From a virus, in IMG/VR virus record IMGVR_UViG_3300024299_000011, positions 6,291 to 70,290 of that record: a stretch of DNA of 64,000 nucleotides; one strand, 5' to 3'. This document shows, one piece after another, positions 1-8,967 of the stretch; positions within the stretch are counted from its first letter, which is position 1; each line of letters begins with the position of its first letter. The notes beneath the pieces are model-generated. The model was not told the origin of the DNA. It did not search any database and saw nothing but the letters and a program-made list of their open reading frames with translations. The translations under genes were made by a program, and so were the position numbers.

Positions 1-1
1 T

Positions 2-559
2 AGTTTATGTGTAACTCAGTTAGGTAAAGAATACGTAAACCAAATAGGAGTTAGAAGAAAAGGATTCAAAGCAACGTTTGATTTAAAAGAAAAAGAATAT
101 GTACCCTTTGAAGTTAATTTAAAATCTAAGTTAGCGTGGATGGCTGGGTTATTTGATGGAGATGGATGTGAATTAAAGGAGGGAGGACTACAGTTAACTT
201 CAGTAGATTTTTCTTTCTTAAAAGATCTACAAACTTTAATAAGCACTTGTGGTGTGAATTCTAAAGTAGTGAAAGGAAATGAAGAGGGCTATAAAGATAT
301 GCCGGATCAAAAAGGCGGAACTAATTCATATTTCTGTAAAGAATCTAAAAGAATTTGTATACCATCAGTCGGAGTTCAAAAATTAAAGGAATTAGGAATG
401 TCTTGTAAAAGATTAAACTTTGATAAATCCCCTAATAGAGATGCGTCTAGATTTGTCCAAGTTATCGGAATAGAGGAGTTAGGTGTTGAGGATTTTGTTT
501 ATTGTTTTAATGAGCCAAAAAAACATTTAGGATTATTTAATGGAGTATTAACTGGTCAA
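2..559 (+). mobile_element. C-terminal part of a LAGLIDADG intein in the RNR, ending Gly-Gln before the extein Cys
   Basis: WMAGLFDGDG motif; block F/G VYCFNEPKKHLGLFNGVLTGQ|C; CAA at 557-559, TGT at 560-562. Confidence 0.88.
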
Positions 560-1411
560 TGTACTGAAGTAACCTCAGAAGATGATTCTGATAAATGTAA
601 CTTAGGTACGTTATGGATGAATAGATTTGACAATAAAGAAGATTTTGGAGAAGCAGTAAAGTATGCAACACAGTTTCTTTTATGCGGTGGAATATATAGT
701 GACGTTCCTAATGAAAAAATTAGAGAAGTTGGCGACAAGAATAATAGAATAGGTCTTGGTTTAGGTGGAATGCATGAGTGGTTAATGACCAGAGGATACG
801 ACTACAACGTAAATCCTGAATTACATAAATGGTTAAATATATATGAGCAGGAATCTAATAGTGCTGCTTATATTGGTGCTAAAGATTTAGGTGTTGCTAT
901 ACCAAAGGGTATACGCAGCGTCGCACCAACTGGAACTATTGGGATACTCGCAGAAACAACAACAGGAATAGAGCCTTTGTTTTGTAAGGCATATAAAAGG
1001 CGATATTTAAAGGATGAGATTTGGGTACATCAATACGTAGTAGATGGTTCTGTTAAAAGATTAATGGAACAAGGTGTTGAAATAGAAAAGATACAAGATG
1101 CTTACGACCTTTCTTTTAAGCAGAGAGTCAAGTTTCAGGCAGACGTGCAGAATTATGTAGATATGGCTATATCTAGCACATGCAACTTACCTCAATGGGG
1201 GTCGGAAGAAAATAATGAAGAGTCCTTGAAAAAGAACTCTAAGATGCTACTAAAATATGCTAAAAGGTTAAGGGGATTCACTTGTTATCCTGATGGAAGT
1301 AGAGGTGGTCAGCCATTAACTAGAGTTGAACTTGATGAAGCTTTGGGTAAAGAGGGGCAAGTATTCGAAGAACATGAAGATGACTGCGTTTCTGGCGTAT
1401 GTGGAGTCTAA
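2..1411 (+). CDS. nrdJ: Ribonucleotide reductase, probably class II (B12-dependent), 5'-truncated by the window, intein-containing
   Basis: Frame open from base 2. After the intein: CTEV..CNLG, RIGLGLGG, VAPTGTIGIL..TTTGIEP, DMAISST and C-terminal CxxGxC (CVSGVCGV). Confidence 0.88.
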   Translation, partial: SLCVTQLGKEYVNQIGVRRKGFKATFDLKEKEYVPFEVNLKSKLAWMAGLFDGDGCELKEGGLQLTSVDFSFLKDLQTLISTCGVNSKVVKGNEEGYKDMPDQKGGTNSYFCKESKRICIPSVGVQKLKELGMSCKRLNFDKSPNRDASRFVQVIGIEELGVEDFVYCFNEPKKHLGLFNGVLTGQCTEVTSEDDSDKCNLGTLWMNRFDNKEDFGEAVKYATQFLLCGGIYSDVPNEKIREVGDKNNRIGLGLGGMHEWLMTRGYDYNVNPELHKWLNIYEQESNSAAYIGAKDLGVAIPKGIRSVAPTGTIGILAETTTGIEPLFCKAYKRRYLKDEIWVHQYVVDGSVKRLMEQGVEIEKIQDAYDLSFKQRVKFQADVQNYVDMAISSTCNLPQWGSEENNEESLKKNSKMLLKYAKRLRGFTCYPDGSRGGQPLTRVELDEALGKEGQVFEEHEDDCVSGVCGV

Positions 1412-1650
1412 ATAAGCTAATAGGCGGATCAGGATCGGTTCTCCTAGCTTTGTGTGGATTTCCGGCAATGATAGACGTCATCAACAAGGGACACGCTGAC
1501 GGGTATTCTGTGGCGTTCATCTTGATGTGGTGGCTTGGAGAGGCCCTAAGCCTCGTATATGTCTTAAATAAAGACAAAGATCTCATACAAATACTTAATT
1601 ACATATTTAACTTGACATTTATATCAATTATAGTTTATTATATGTTGTAG
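1399..1650 (+). CDS. Small 3-TM PQ-loop/SemiSWEET-like membrane protein
   Basis: G..GSVLLALCGFP...K.H.ADG.S..FILMWWLGE..SLVY..ILNY pattern; three hydrophobic segments. Confidence 0.65.
   Translation: MWSLNKLIGGSGSVLLALCGFPAMIDVINKGHADGYSVAFILMWWLGEALSLVYVLNKDKDLIQILNYIFNLTFISIIVYYML
1612..1641 (+). promoter_or_regulatory. Sigma70-type promoter for the tRNA-like RNA and helicase
   Basis: TTGACA 1612-1617, 18 bp spacer, TATTAT 1636-1641. Confidence 0.55.
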
Positions 1651-1652
1651 TA

Positions 1653-1734
1653 GCAAGTATCGTCTAATAGGCATTACCAGGACACCAGCCGTTACGCGCT
1701 GGAGATATTGGACTCGTCGAGCCAATTACTTGTG
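1653..1734 (+). ncRNA. tRNA-shaped RNA with enlarged loops (atypical or pseudo-tRNA)
   Basis: Acceptor GCAAGTA/TACTTGT, D stem GTCT/GGAC, anticodon stem CCAGC/GCTGG, T stem ATTGG/CCAAT; loops of 14, 8 and 10 nt; no TTCGA, no encoded CCA. Confidence 0.7.
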
Positions 1735-1757
1735 AAATTTAACCAAAAGGGACTACT

Positions 1758-3203
1758 GTGGATAATATTAAACTTAGAGAATATCAAAAAGAATCTATCA
1801 TTGATATAGAAAAGAAATTCAAAGCTAACGATAAAGTAGTGCTATCTATATGCCCATCTGGAGGTAAAACGATTACTGCATTAAAATATGCTTTAGATAA
1901 CAAACTTAAAACATTAGTATTGGCACATGGGACTGGAGTTCTGAGAACTCAATGGGGTAGTGTTTTAGATTCTCACAACATAAAATGGTCAACCGATTTT
2001 ACTGAAAATTTTACTGTAAATTTACCACAATCTTTATATAAAAAGAATAAGTTCCCCAAGATCGATCTATTGATTATAGACGAAGCCCATGAATTTTACT
2101 CAGCAAATATGGTTAAAACTATTATTAAAAACCTAAAACCAAAGAAGATGCTACTGTTGACAGGAACCCCCTCGGTGTTCATAAAAAAAGGATACCCAAT
2201 AACAATAATTCCTGCAGAAAAACTTATTAATGAAAATTATATAAATAATGTTTATTTTGGATTAGCATCTACCAGTGAGGATTTAAAAAATACAAGCTAT
2301 AATAAAGATGGGGATGTCAAACGAAACATAAGATTTAAACAAACTAACAACACTCTGGATAGTTTAATGGAGTCTATACATGCCAGACTAAATGAAACTA
2401 TGTATAAAGACAAACCACTACTACAGATGAATTTACCTAGGATATTTAAAAAACTACATAAAACAATGATTGCCTGTAACAACATTAGACAAGCAGAAGA
2501 AGTTGGGTTATATTTTAGTAAAAAAGGTATAAATAATGTAGTTAGTCATAATGATAATGATATAAATAGCGATAATATACAAGAGTTTCTATCTGATGAC
2601 CTTGTTAAAGTGTTAGTGGTTGTAAATAGAGGAATTCTTGGATTCGATATGCCAGAACTTGTTAATATAGTAGACTTAACTTGTTCTAGGAATATAGACA
2701 GGATATATCAATTATATGCTAGAGTAATGAGAAAGCATGATAAGTTTAATATGAAGTACTTTTTTAAAGTTATTCCAGAAAAGCAATCTGATTTATATAA
2801 ATTTTATATGTCAGCTTCACTATGTTTATTGAGAAAAGATTTCATTGAAAAGTACAATGGAAAAAATATAAACGGGATGGAGCTCTGCGTTTTAAAAAAG
2901 AGAAAGTCTAAATCTAACACTAAAGACAGTAAGGTTAAATCAACTAAGACTGAGAAATATATTCCTATAGATGAGTTATTTCAAGGAGAGGTTGAATCTA
3001 GCAAATTACTTATAGATATTTATAATAAACAAAATAAGAAATATAATGAATACTCATATACAACTATAGGAAAGTTAAAAGAAGTTAATTTTGGAATAAA
3101 AAGATCTATAACAAATGTACCAGAGTCCGTGGTAAAATGGCTAGTACAGGCTTCTGTGGATGATGTAATGCCAAAGCATTTAGAGGAGAGTATGTATGAG
3201 TAA
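1758..3203 (+). CDS. SF2 DEAH-box helicase
   Basis: LREYQ, PSGGKT, IIDEAH, LTGTP, GFDMPEL, QLYARVMR motifs. Confidence 0.85.
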   Translation: MDNIKLREYQKESIIDIEKKFKANDKVVLSICPSGGKTITALKYALDNKLKTLVLAHGTGVLRTQWGSVLDSHNIKWSTDFTENFTVNLPQSLYKKNKFPKIDLLIIDEAHEFYSANMVKTIIKNLKPKKMLLLTGTPSVFIKKGYPITIIPAEKLINENYINNVYFGLASTSEDLKNTSYNKDGDVKRNIRFKQTNNTLDSLMESIHARLNETMYKDKPLLQMNLPRIFKKLHKTMIACNNIRQAEEVGLYFSKKGINNVVSHNDNDINSDNIQEFLSDDLVKVLVVVNRGILGFDMPELVNIVDLTCSRNIDRIYQLYARVMRKHDKFNMKYFFKVIPEKQSDLYKFYMSASLCLLRKDFIEKYNGKNINGMELCVLKKRKSKSNTKDSKVKSTKTEKYIPIDELFQGEVESSKLLIDIYNKQNKKYNEYSYTTIGKLKEVNFGIKRSITNVPESVVKWLVQASVDDVMPKHLEESMYE

Positions 3204-3405
3204 AACACAATACAACAGTTCACAGTTAGAATTAATCATGGAACAGCTTAAAAAAGAAGTGATCTATATCCAAAAAAGACGCGAAAATAACCAACCGTTG
3301 AAAATAGATAAAGAGGTTAGTGATTTTTCAAAAAATATTGATATAGTAAGTAATTTAGAAAATCAAATAAAGTCACTGAACGAATGGTTTTATAGTAATG
3401 ACTAG
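3196..3405 (+). CDS. Hypothetical protein
   Basis: ORF with GAGGAG SD, overlapping both neighbours. Confidence 0.55.
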   Translation: MSKTQYNSSQLELIMEQLKKEVIYIQKRRENNQPLKIDKEVSDFSKNIDIVSNLENQIKSLNEWFYSND

Positions 3406-3976
3406 GGCTGAGTTAGAAAAAAACTACTTCAATATTTATAATAGGTTGAGAAGGGTTAATAAATTGTATTTAGATGAATTATTCCCATACTCATTATTAT
3501 GGGACAAAAAAAGATGCATTGACGAAGCTAAAAAATATAAAACAAAAACAGACTTTTATAAAGGAGCCCGTTCTGCATATAACGCAGCAAAGAAATTGGG
3601 TATTTTTGATAACTGCTGTCAGCATATGAATAGTGCGCAAAAATCCCATGGATACTGGTCTTTAGATAGATGCAAAGGTGAATCATCAAAGTATAAAACT
3701 AGAGGAAGTTGGTATAGTAGCGGATGTGTTGGGTATAGTGTTGCTATTAAAAATAAATGGATTGATACCTGCTGTAAACACATGAAAAAATCACAATCAG
3801 CAAAAAAAACAGTATTAAATGTAGATACTGGTGAGGTCTTTAAATCTGTTACAGCAGCTAAGATAGCTTATGGATCAAACGTAACTTCGGCGCTAAGAAA
3901 AAGACAAAAAACAGCAGGCGGCTACCGCTGGGCTTATTGTGATGAAAACGGAAACATACTAAAGGAGAAAAAGTGA
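3398..3976 (+). CDS. Repeat-containing DNA-binding protein with C-terminal NUMOD1-like HTH
   Basis: Two W....C.....KYKT.....C.HM repeats, then DTGEVFKSVTAA...AGGYRWAY; no catalytic nuclease motif seen. Confidence 0.6.
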   Translation: MTRAELEKNYFNIYNRLRRVNKLYLDELFPYSLLWDKKRCIDEAKKYKTKTDFYKGARSAYNAAKKLGIFDNCCQHMNSAQKSHGYWSLDRCKGESSKYKTRGSWYSSGCVGYSVAIKNKWIDTCCKHMKKSQSAKKTVLNVDTGEVFKSVTAAKIAYGSNVTSALRKRQKTAGGYRWAYCDENGNILKEKK

Positions 3977-4230
3977 GTTTATTAGAAATTACATTAATAG
4001 GAGTTATAGGTCTTTTATGCTTAGTAAAAGTCGGTATATACGTTAATAAACTAATCAAGATGATTAGATTTAATAACTTAACTGCAATTTCGGCAAACGC
4101 GGGAGTTACTGACTTGATATATTATGTAAATAAAGAAAATAAAGATATAAATTATAGAGTAGATAACCTTATCGATGATATTAGAGAAATCAAAAATGAA
4201 GGTAAGGTCGATGATACTACCAAAATATAA
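3973..4230 (+). CDS. Hypothetical membrane protein
   Basis: AGGAG SD, GTG start, N-terminal TM helix. Confidence 0.6.
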   Translation: MSLLEITLIGVIGLLCLVKVGIYVNKLIKMIRFNNLTAISANAGVTDLIYYVNKENKDINYRVDNLIDDIREIKNEGKVDDTTKI

Positions 4231-4489
4231 CGACATTATAAAACATGAGAGATTTACTGACGTTGCTATACAGATATCAAAACCAGTATATGTTACAGAT
4301 TCGGGAAAGCTAAAGATCAGAGGTAACTGGCTTAATACTGGTAATCCATCTTTTGTCATAGGCTCGATGAGGAATATGGTCGGAAAGTCAACATTGATAA
4401 TACTTCCTGATGAGATTGAGAAATGGAGCATATGTTTAGATCCAGATGCTACGCATTTGAAAGGAACTAAGTGGGGGAGTTTGAAATGA
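4211..4489 (+). CDS. Hypothetical protein
   Basis: ORF in operon; likely start MILPKY after AAGGT. Confidence 0.55.
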   Translation: MILPKYNDIIKHERFTDVAIQISKPVYVTDSGKLKIRGNWLNTGNPSFVIGSMRNMVGKSTLIILPDEIEKWSICLDPDATHLKGTKWGSLK

Positions 4490-6273
4490 AGGTTGAATTG
4501 ATAGCAATGACAAAAGTTGTAAATGAGAAATTACTTAAAGAACTAAAAAGTAATTCTCCAGCAGAATTAATAATGTATTGCGCTAGGGTATCTAATCCAA
4601 ACGACCAGACATCCGGTAATACTAAATTATTAGAGTATTGCGCAAAACACAACCACTGGTCAGTATTTCAAATGAGTAATATGGTAGTTGAGATTGAAAC
4701 AAGTAGAGCAATAGCACAACAAATACTCAGACATTCTAGTTTTGATTTTCAAGAATTTTGTATGTCCGGAGATACTGAAGTTTATTTTGACTTACCTAAC
4801 GCAATTAAAAAAGGTAAAAGAAGTTTAAGTAGAATGAAACTTAAAGATTTATATAGAAAATGGTCAGAAGGAGCCCTTCCTATAAAACACAGATACAGCG
4901 GTAAGATGCAAAAAATGGAGATGAAAAGCCGGATACGTAGTATGTTTGTTAGGGTATATGACGAAAAAACAAAGAAATTATCTCATGCCCACATAAAAGA
5001 GGTATTTAAAACTGGCGTAAAAGATTTATTTGAAGTAGAATTAGAAAATGGAAAAAAGATTAAATGCACTAAAGAACATAAAGTACTCACTCAGTCTGGG
5101 TTCAAATCATTAGAAGATGAATTTGGATTACAGTTAATTAATAATATTGCAGTAATAGAAAAAAATGGATTTATAGGATGTAATGGAATTCCTCTACACC
5201 AAAGTTATACTTTTCTTAAAGAACAAAAGGAAATTCACTTAAAAACCGGAAATGGAGTTCAGGGGATTGCTGACGTATGTAACGTGTCCTATCATACAAT
5301 AAGAAAGTGGCTTAAAATTCATAAACTACAATTCTCTAAACAAGAAACAGCAGACATGACAACTATAAACGGCGGGGTTTGGAATAAAGGAAAGTCTGGA
5401 TACTCTTGGGGAAATCACAGTAAAGAAACCAGAGAAATAATGTCCAAAAAAGCAAGAAAAGGAAAAGACTCTAATTTTTGGAAGGGTGGAGTAACTAAAG
5501 AAAGGCAAAAAATACAAGCAGACATAAATAAGTATAGAATTGACATAATTAAAGATTATGGAGGTAAATGTGGGTTATGTGATAAAAAACTAAAAGGACA
5601 AACAGACTTACATCACATTATCCCAGTTAGCGATGATATGTCATTATCTAGAGAATATTCTAATTTAATGCCAACTCATAGAAGATGCCACATGAAGCAC
5701 CACAGTAAAGCTGGGGATTTGAAAAGGTGGAAAGAAGGTTCGAAAGGAAATACACTAACAGTTAATTGGGCTAAGATTAAAAAAGTTAAGTATTTAGGAA
5801 AAGAGATGACATACGATTTAGAAATAGATCACCCAAGTCATAATTACGTCGCAGACGGAGTTATAGTACATAATTCACAAAGATATAAAGAGATATCAGC
5901 GCTTGATGACTCTTTTGAGATATATGGAGCACGGAGTCAAGATAAGAATAACAGACAAAATAGTATAGATAATATGTCAGATGACGATCGTTTATGGTTT
6001 GAGGCAGCTCAGTTGGACATACAACAAGAATCTGTGGATAAGTATGAAGAGGCGCTATCTAGAGGGGTCGCCAAAGAACAAGCCAGATTCCTGCTACCAT
6101 TGAACGTTAAAACAAAACTATATATGAATGGGTCAATCAGATCTTGGATACACTATCTAATGGTTAGATGTAGACCAGAAACCCAGCTAGAACATAGAGA
6201 AATTGCTAATGAGATAAGGTGTATATTAATAAAAGAGTTTCCAGAACTAAAAGAAACTTTAGATTTTACTTGA
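4486..6273 (+). CDS. thyX: Flavin-dependent thymidylate synthase ThyX with intein
   Basis: YCARVS, HWSVFQ, SRAIAQQILRHSSFDFQEF|SQRY, KEQARFLLP, RSWIHYL..R....TQLEHR; likely ATG at 4486. Confidence 0.93.
   Translation: MKVELIAMTKVVNEKLLKELKSNSPAELIMYCARVSNPNDQTSGNTKLLEYCAKHNHWSVFQMSNMVVEIETSRAIAQQILRHSSFDFQEFCMSGDTEVYFDLPNAIKKGKRSLSRMKLKDLYRKWSEGALPIKHRYSGKMQKMEMKSRIRSMFVRVYDEKTKKLSHAHIKEVFKTGVKDLFEVELENGKKIKCTKEHKVLTQSGFKSLEDEFGLQLINNIAVIEKNGFIGCNGIPLHQSYTFLKEQKEIHLKTGNGVQGIADVCNVSYHTIRKWLKIHKLQFSKQETADMTTINGGVWNKGKSGYSWGNHSKETREIMSKKARKGKDSNFWKGGVTKERQKIQADINKYRIDIIKDYGGKCGLCDKKLKGQTDLHHIIPVSDDMSLSREYSNLMPTHRRCHMKHHSKAGDLKRWKEGSKGNTLTVNWAKIKKVKYLGKEMTYDLEIDHPSHNYVADGVIVHNSQRYKEISALDDSFEIYGARSQDKNNRQNSIDNMSDDDRLWFEAAQLDIQQESVDKYEEALSRGVAKEQARFLLPLNVKTKLYMNGSIRSWIHYLMVRCRPETQLEHREIANEIRCILIKEFPELKETLDFT
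4759..5874 (+). mobile_element. 372-aa intein with HNH homing endonuclease in ThyX
   Basis: Starts CMSGDTEV; block B IKCTKEHKVLT; HNH CGLC..DLHHIIP..NLMPTHRRCH; ends YVADGVIVHN|S. Confidence 0.93.
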
Positions 6274-6297
6274 CAAATTCGGATATTCTGCTAAAAT
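6270..6297 (+). promoter_or_regulatory. Sigma70-type promoter
   Basis: TTGACA, 16 bp spacer, extended -10 TG-n-TAAAAT. Confidence 0.6.
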
Positions 6298-6320
6298 ATT
6301 ATTAAACAAAGGAGATTAGT

Positions 6321-6518
6321 ATGAAATATAGAATAGGGGATTTAGTTAAATATAAATTTAATATGGGCGATGGAGATATTGGGTTAGGTTTCGGATTAAT
6401 AAGAGAAATAAGTGAAGTGGAAACTATTAACGGAACAGTTAAAACTTATAGTACATCATCAGATAGATGTATACTTAGGAAAGATATAATTGGTAAGTTT
6501 GAAGAAGTCAAGGAGTAG
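6321..6518 (+). CDS. Hypothetical protein
   Basis: AGGAG SD; MKYRIGDLV start typical of small phage proteins. Confidence 0.6.
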   Translation: MKYRIGDLVKYKFNMGDGDIGLGFGLIREISEVETINGTVKTYSTSSDRCILRKDIIGKFEEVKE

Positions 6519-6520
6519 TT

Positions 6521-7129
6521 ATGAACTTAAAATGGATAATTAACGGAATGAAGAACGCCAATCCAGATGAGGCTATTGCTTTTCACCTAAAAGCTTTGCC
6601 TATATTTATTATAGTTTGTCTGGCTTTTTACTTAACAGGTTGTGGTAGCAATCAAGTACAAGGCACAACGATAGTTGAAGTACCTAAGATTATAGAGACC
6701 ACTATAACAGAAGATACGATACAAGGTACATATTTCTTTGTAGAAGAGTCTAGTGGAGAGATTAGCGGAGCATTAGGCATTACTGTTGATTTTCTTGGCA
6801 GGATTGATGTTGAAGAAGTTGAGCAGTTTAGATCTACTAATTTTAATAGTACTTTCGGACTTCACCCAAGGATTTCATTTTCAAATATAACACAAAGAGA
6901 TGATGATACTGTAATATATGCAGGAGATGTTACTTATACTGCAGCTCATGATTTAGAGTCAGACGGGTCGACTACGAACTTATCGGCAGGAAGGCACTAT
7001 ACTGTATATACTTTATCATTTGATGAAAACGATGCGCTTGTATTGACAATACAGATACACTCAGGCAGTACAATATCTTCCGGTGGTATAAATAGTATTA
7101 TAATAGAACGAGAATTTAAGGAGTTATAA
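6521..7129 (+). CDS. Putative lipoprotein
   Basis: Hydrophobic stretch ending in lipobox LTGC, followed by a beta-rich domain. Confidence 0.6.
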   Translation: MNLKWIINGMKNANPDEAIAFHLKALPIFIIVCLAFYLTGCGSNQVQGTTIVEVPKIIETTITEDTIQGTYFFVEESSGEISGALGITVDFLGRIDVEEVEQFRSTNFNSTFGLHPRISFSNITQRDDDTVIYAGDVTYTAAHDLESDGSTTNLSAGRHYTVYTLSFDENDALVLTIQIHSGSTISSGGINSIIIEREFKEL

Positions 7130-7566
7130 TGGAAATCAAAGTAAAGAAACTAAATAAAGAGGCTAAGTTACCTTTTAAAGCAACAGACGGATCAGCCGGG
7201 TTTGATTTATTTGCTGTCACAGAAAAAGTAAGAATGGAATTAACTGGCCCAGTTGTTGAGTATGATACCGGATTAAGTTTCGAAGTACCTAAAGGTCATG
7301 TAGGGTTATTATTTCCTAGATCTAGCGTAACAACTAAGACCACATTAATGTTGGGTTGCTCTATAGGTGTTTTAGATAGCGATTTTCGCGGGTCTGTAAA
7401 ATTCCAATTTAGACAAGTAAATCCTGCAGCAAGAAAGATCTATAATGTTGGAGACAGGATTGGTCAAATAGTTGTGTTACCTATACCTACTCTAAACTTT
7501 GTCGAAGTTGATGAATTAAGTGACACTATCAGAGGGGAGTCTGGTTTCGGAAGCACTGGAGAATGA
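7129..7566 (+). CDS. dut: Trimeric dUTPase
   Basis: SAGFDL, PRSS, GVLDSDFRG, DRIGQ, RGESGFGSTG. Confidence 0.95.
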   Translation: MEIKVKKLNKEAKLPFKATDGSAGFDLFAVTEKVRMELTGPVVEYDTGLSFEVPKGHVGLLFPRSSVTTKTTLMLGCSIGVLDSDFRGSVKFQFRQVNPAARKIYNVGDRIGQIVVLPIPTLNFVEVDELSDTIRGESGFGSTGE

Positions 7567-7685
7567 GATCATTTATCTCTACAGTAATTTTAACTGCATC
7601 AGAAATCCATACAGTAGACCTAATTCTTATTGTTATATTGATAATTATAGGAGTAGCCGCACATCTAGATAAAAGGAAATACTGA
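7563..7685 (+). CDS. 40-aa membrane peptide (not in ORF track)
   Basis: ATG overlaps the dUTPase stop; MRSFISTVIL...LILIVILIIIGVAAHLDKRKY. Confidence 0.45.
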   Translation: MRSFISTVILTASEIHTVDLILIVILIIIGVAAHLDKRKY

Positions 7686-7686
7686 C

Positions 7687-7965
7687 TTGAGCAAAACTAA
7701 GAATAAAGAACATAAGCCAGATGAGCATTTAAAAGGTTTAATTAAAAAACTTAGGAGCGAGAATAAACAATTAAGGCAGAGGTTGAAGCAAATTGAGAAT
7801 AAGTCACACTTCTACGAACATATAGCAGATGAAGTTGTAGAAGATATAACAGTTGGTGACGCCTGTACTTTCTGTGGAAAAGGGAATTTACAGACGATAG
7901 ACCTCAAGTTTTTGTCTCTAATTAAATGTGATATTTGTGATTTTAGTGAAAGAGTTAAAAAATGA
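7687..7965 (+). CDS. Coiled-coil protein with C4 zinc ribbon
   Basis: CTFC...CDIC; TTG start after AAGGA. Confidence 0.6.
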   Translation: MSKTKNKEHKPDEHLKGLIKKLRSENKQLRQRLKQIENKSHFYEHIADEVVEDITVGDACTFCGKGNLQTIDLKFLSLIKCDICDFSERVKK

Positions 7966-8372
7966 CAACAAAGAGAAAACCTAATAGAAAATCCTGGATT
8001 ACATCTCAATTAAGGAGACTATCCCTCAGATGGCCTCCTAGAGGCAAGGCGCTTAAAGAAGGTAGAAGAGAACTCCCTAGAAAGATAAAGAAAGACGGAA
8101 CTCCTTTTAAGAAGCCCAATTTTGAATATCAATGCAACGCTTGTAAAGAGTGGTTTAAAAGTTCAGACATACAGCTCGATCACATCGAACCTATCGTAGA
8201 CCCAAAGGCTGATACTGTGTTATCTGAAGAAGAGTTTATTGGTAAATTCGCTATAGGATTATTATGTTATGAAGAAGGGTACCAGCGGCTCTGCGAACCC
8301 TGCCACGATACCAAAACCAGGAATGAAAATAATATAAGATTTAGTGTAAAAAAACTTGACACTAGTGACTAA
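7962..8372 (+). CDS. HNH-family endonuclease
   Basis: YQCNAC, LDHIEPIV, YQRLCEPCHDTKT. Confidence 0.8.
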   Translation: MTTKRKPNRKSWITSQLRRLSLRWPPRGKALKEGRRELPRKIKKDGTPFKKPNFEYQCNACKEWFKSSDIQLDHIEPIVDPKADTVLSEEEFIGKFAIGLLCYEEGYQRLCEPCHDTKTRNENNIRFSVKKLDTSD

Positions 8373-8384
8373 ATAATATACAAT
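8356..8384 (+). promoter_or_regulatory. Sigma70-type promoter
   Basis: TTGACA, 17 bp, TACAAT. Confidence 0.6.
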
Positions 8385-8413
8385 ATAAGAAATACGTCTA
8401 AATAGGAGACCTA

Positions 8414-8746
8414 ATGAAAAGTATTAATGATATAAATGAGGCAGGAGATGACCTAGCTTTAGTTCCAGCAGCTGAGCTTAGGGATATGACTATAACCGAA
8501 GAAGAGATGTATACTAGGGATAAGTCTAGTTTATTACAATCGTTGATGTCCACTATGGTATCTAAGGCAAACAATAACGGAGTATTTGGGTACAGCGCTA
8601 GCGTAAATCCAAAGATAGACCGGAAGTTACTATCAGAAATTAAAGATCAGTTTTCAGAATTAGGGTATAGTGTTGAAGTAGAAGAAGTTAAAACCCCAAC
8701 TCTAGGAGAACAGGTTGTCCTTCATATTTCATGGGAGAAAAAGTAA
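8414..8746 (+). CDS. Hypothetical protein
   Basis: AGGAG SD, 110-aa ORF. Confidence 0.65.
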   Translation: MKSINDINEAGDDLALVPAAELRDMTITEEEMYTRDKSSLLQSLMSTMVSKANNNGVFGYSASVNPKIDRKLLSEIKDQFSELGYSVEVEEVKTPTLGEQVVLHISWEKK

Positions 8747-8967
8747 TGTATTTAGTTGACCCTAAAAATGATTTAAAATCAGTTTCTCTGACGTTCTTAG
8801 TTGTATCTTATATATTACTAGTTATAGCATCTGTATTACAAGCAGGAGAGTTAATCAAATCTGTTGGTTATTTACCTGAGTTATTTTATGCATGTTCTGC
8901 TTTATATTTTGGACGAAGAGTTAAAGTTGGATCAAAAACCTTTTCATCAGAGCCGGAGAAATCATGA
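8746..8967 (+). CDS. Holin-like 2-TM protein
   Basis: DPK...SVSLTFLVVS TM, second TM ending ALYFGRR and a basic tail. Confidence 0.5.
   Translation: MYLVDPKNDLKSVSLTFLVVSYILLVIASVLQAGELIKSVGYLPELFYACSALYFGRRVKVGSKTFSSEPEKS

Noticed and set aside
1691-1697. Calling the tRNA-like RNA an ochre suppressor (TTA) or tRNA-Val (TAC)
   Set aside because: The 8-nt loop gives no unique register, the T loop is non-canonical, and TAA is the main stop codon.
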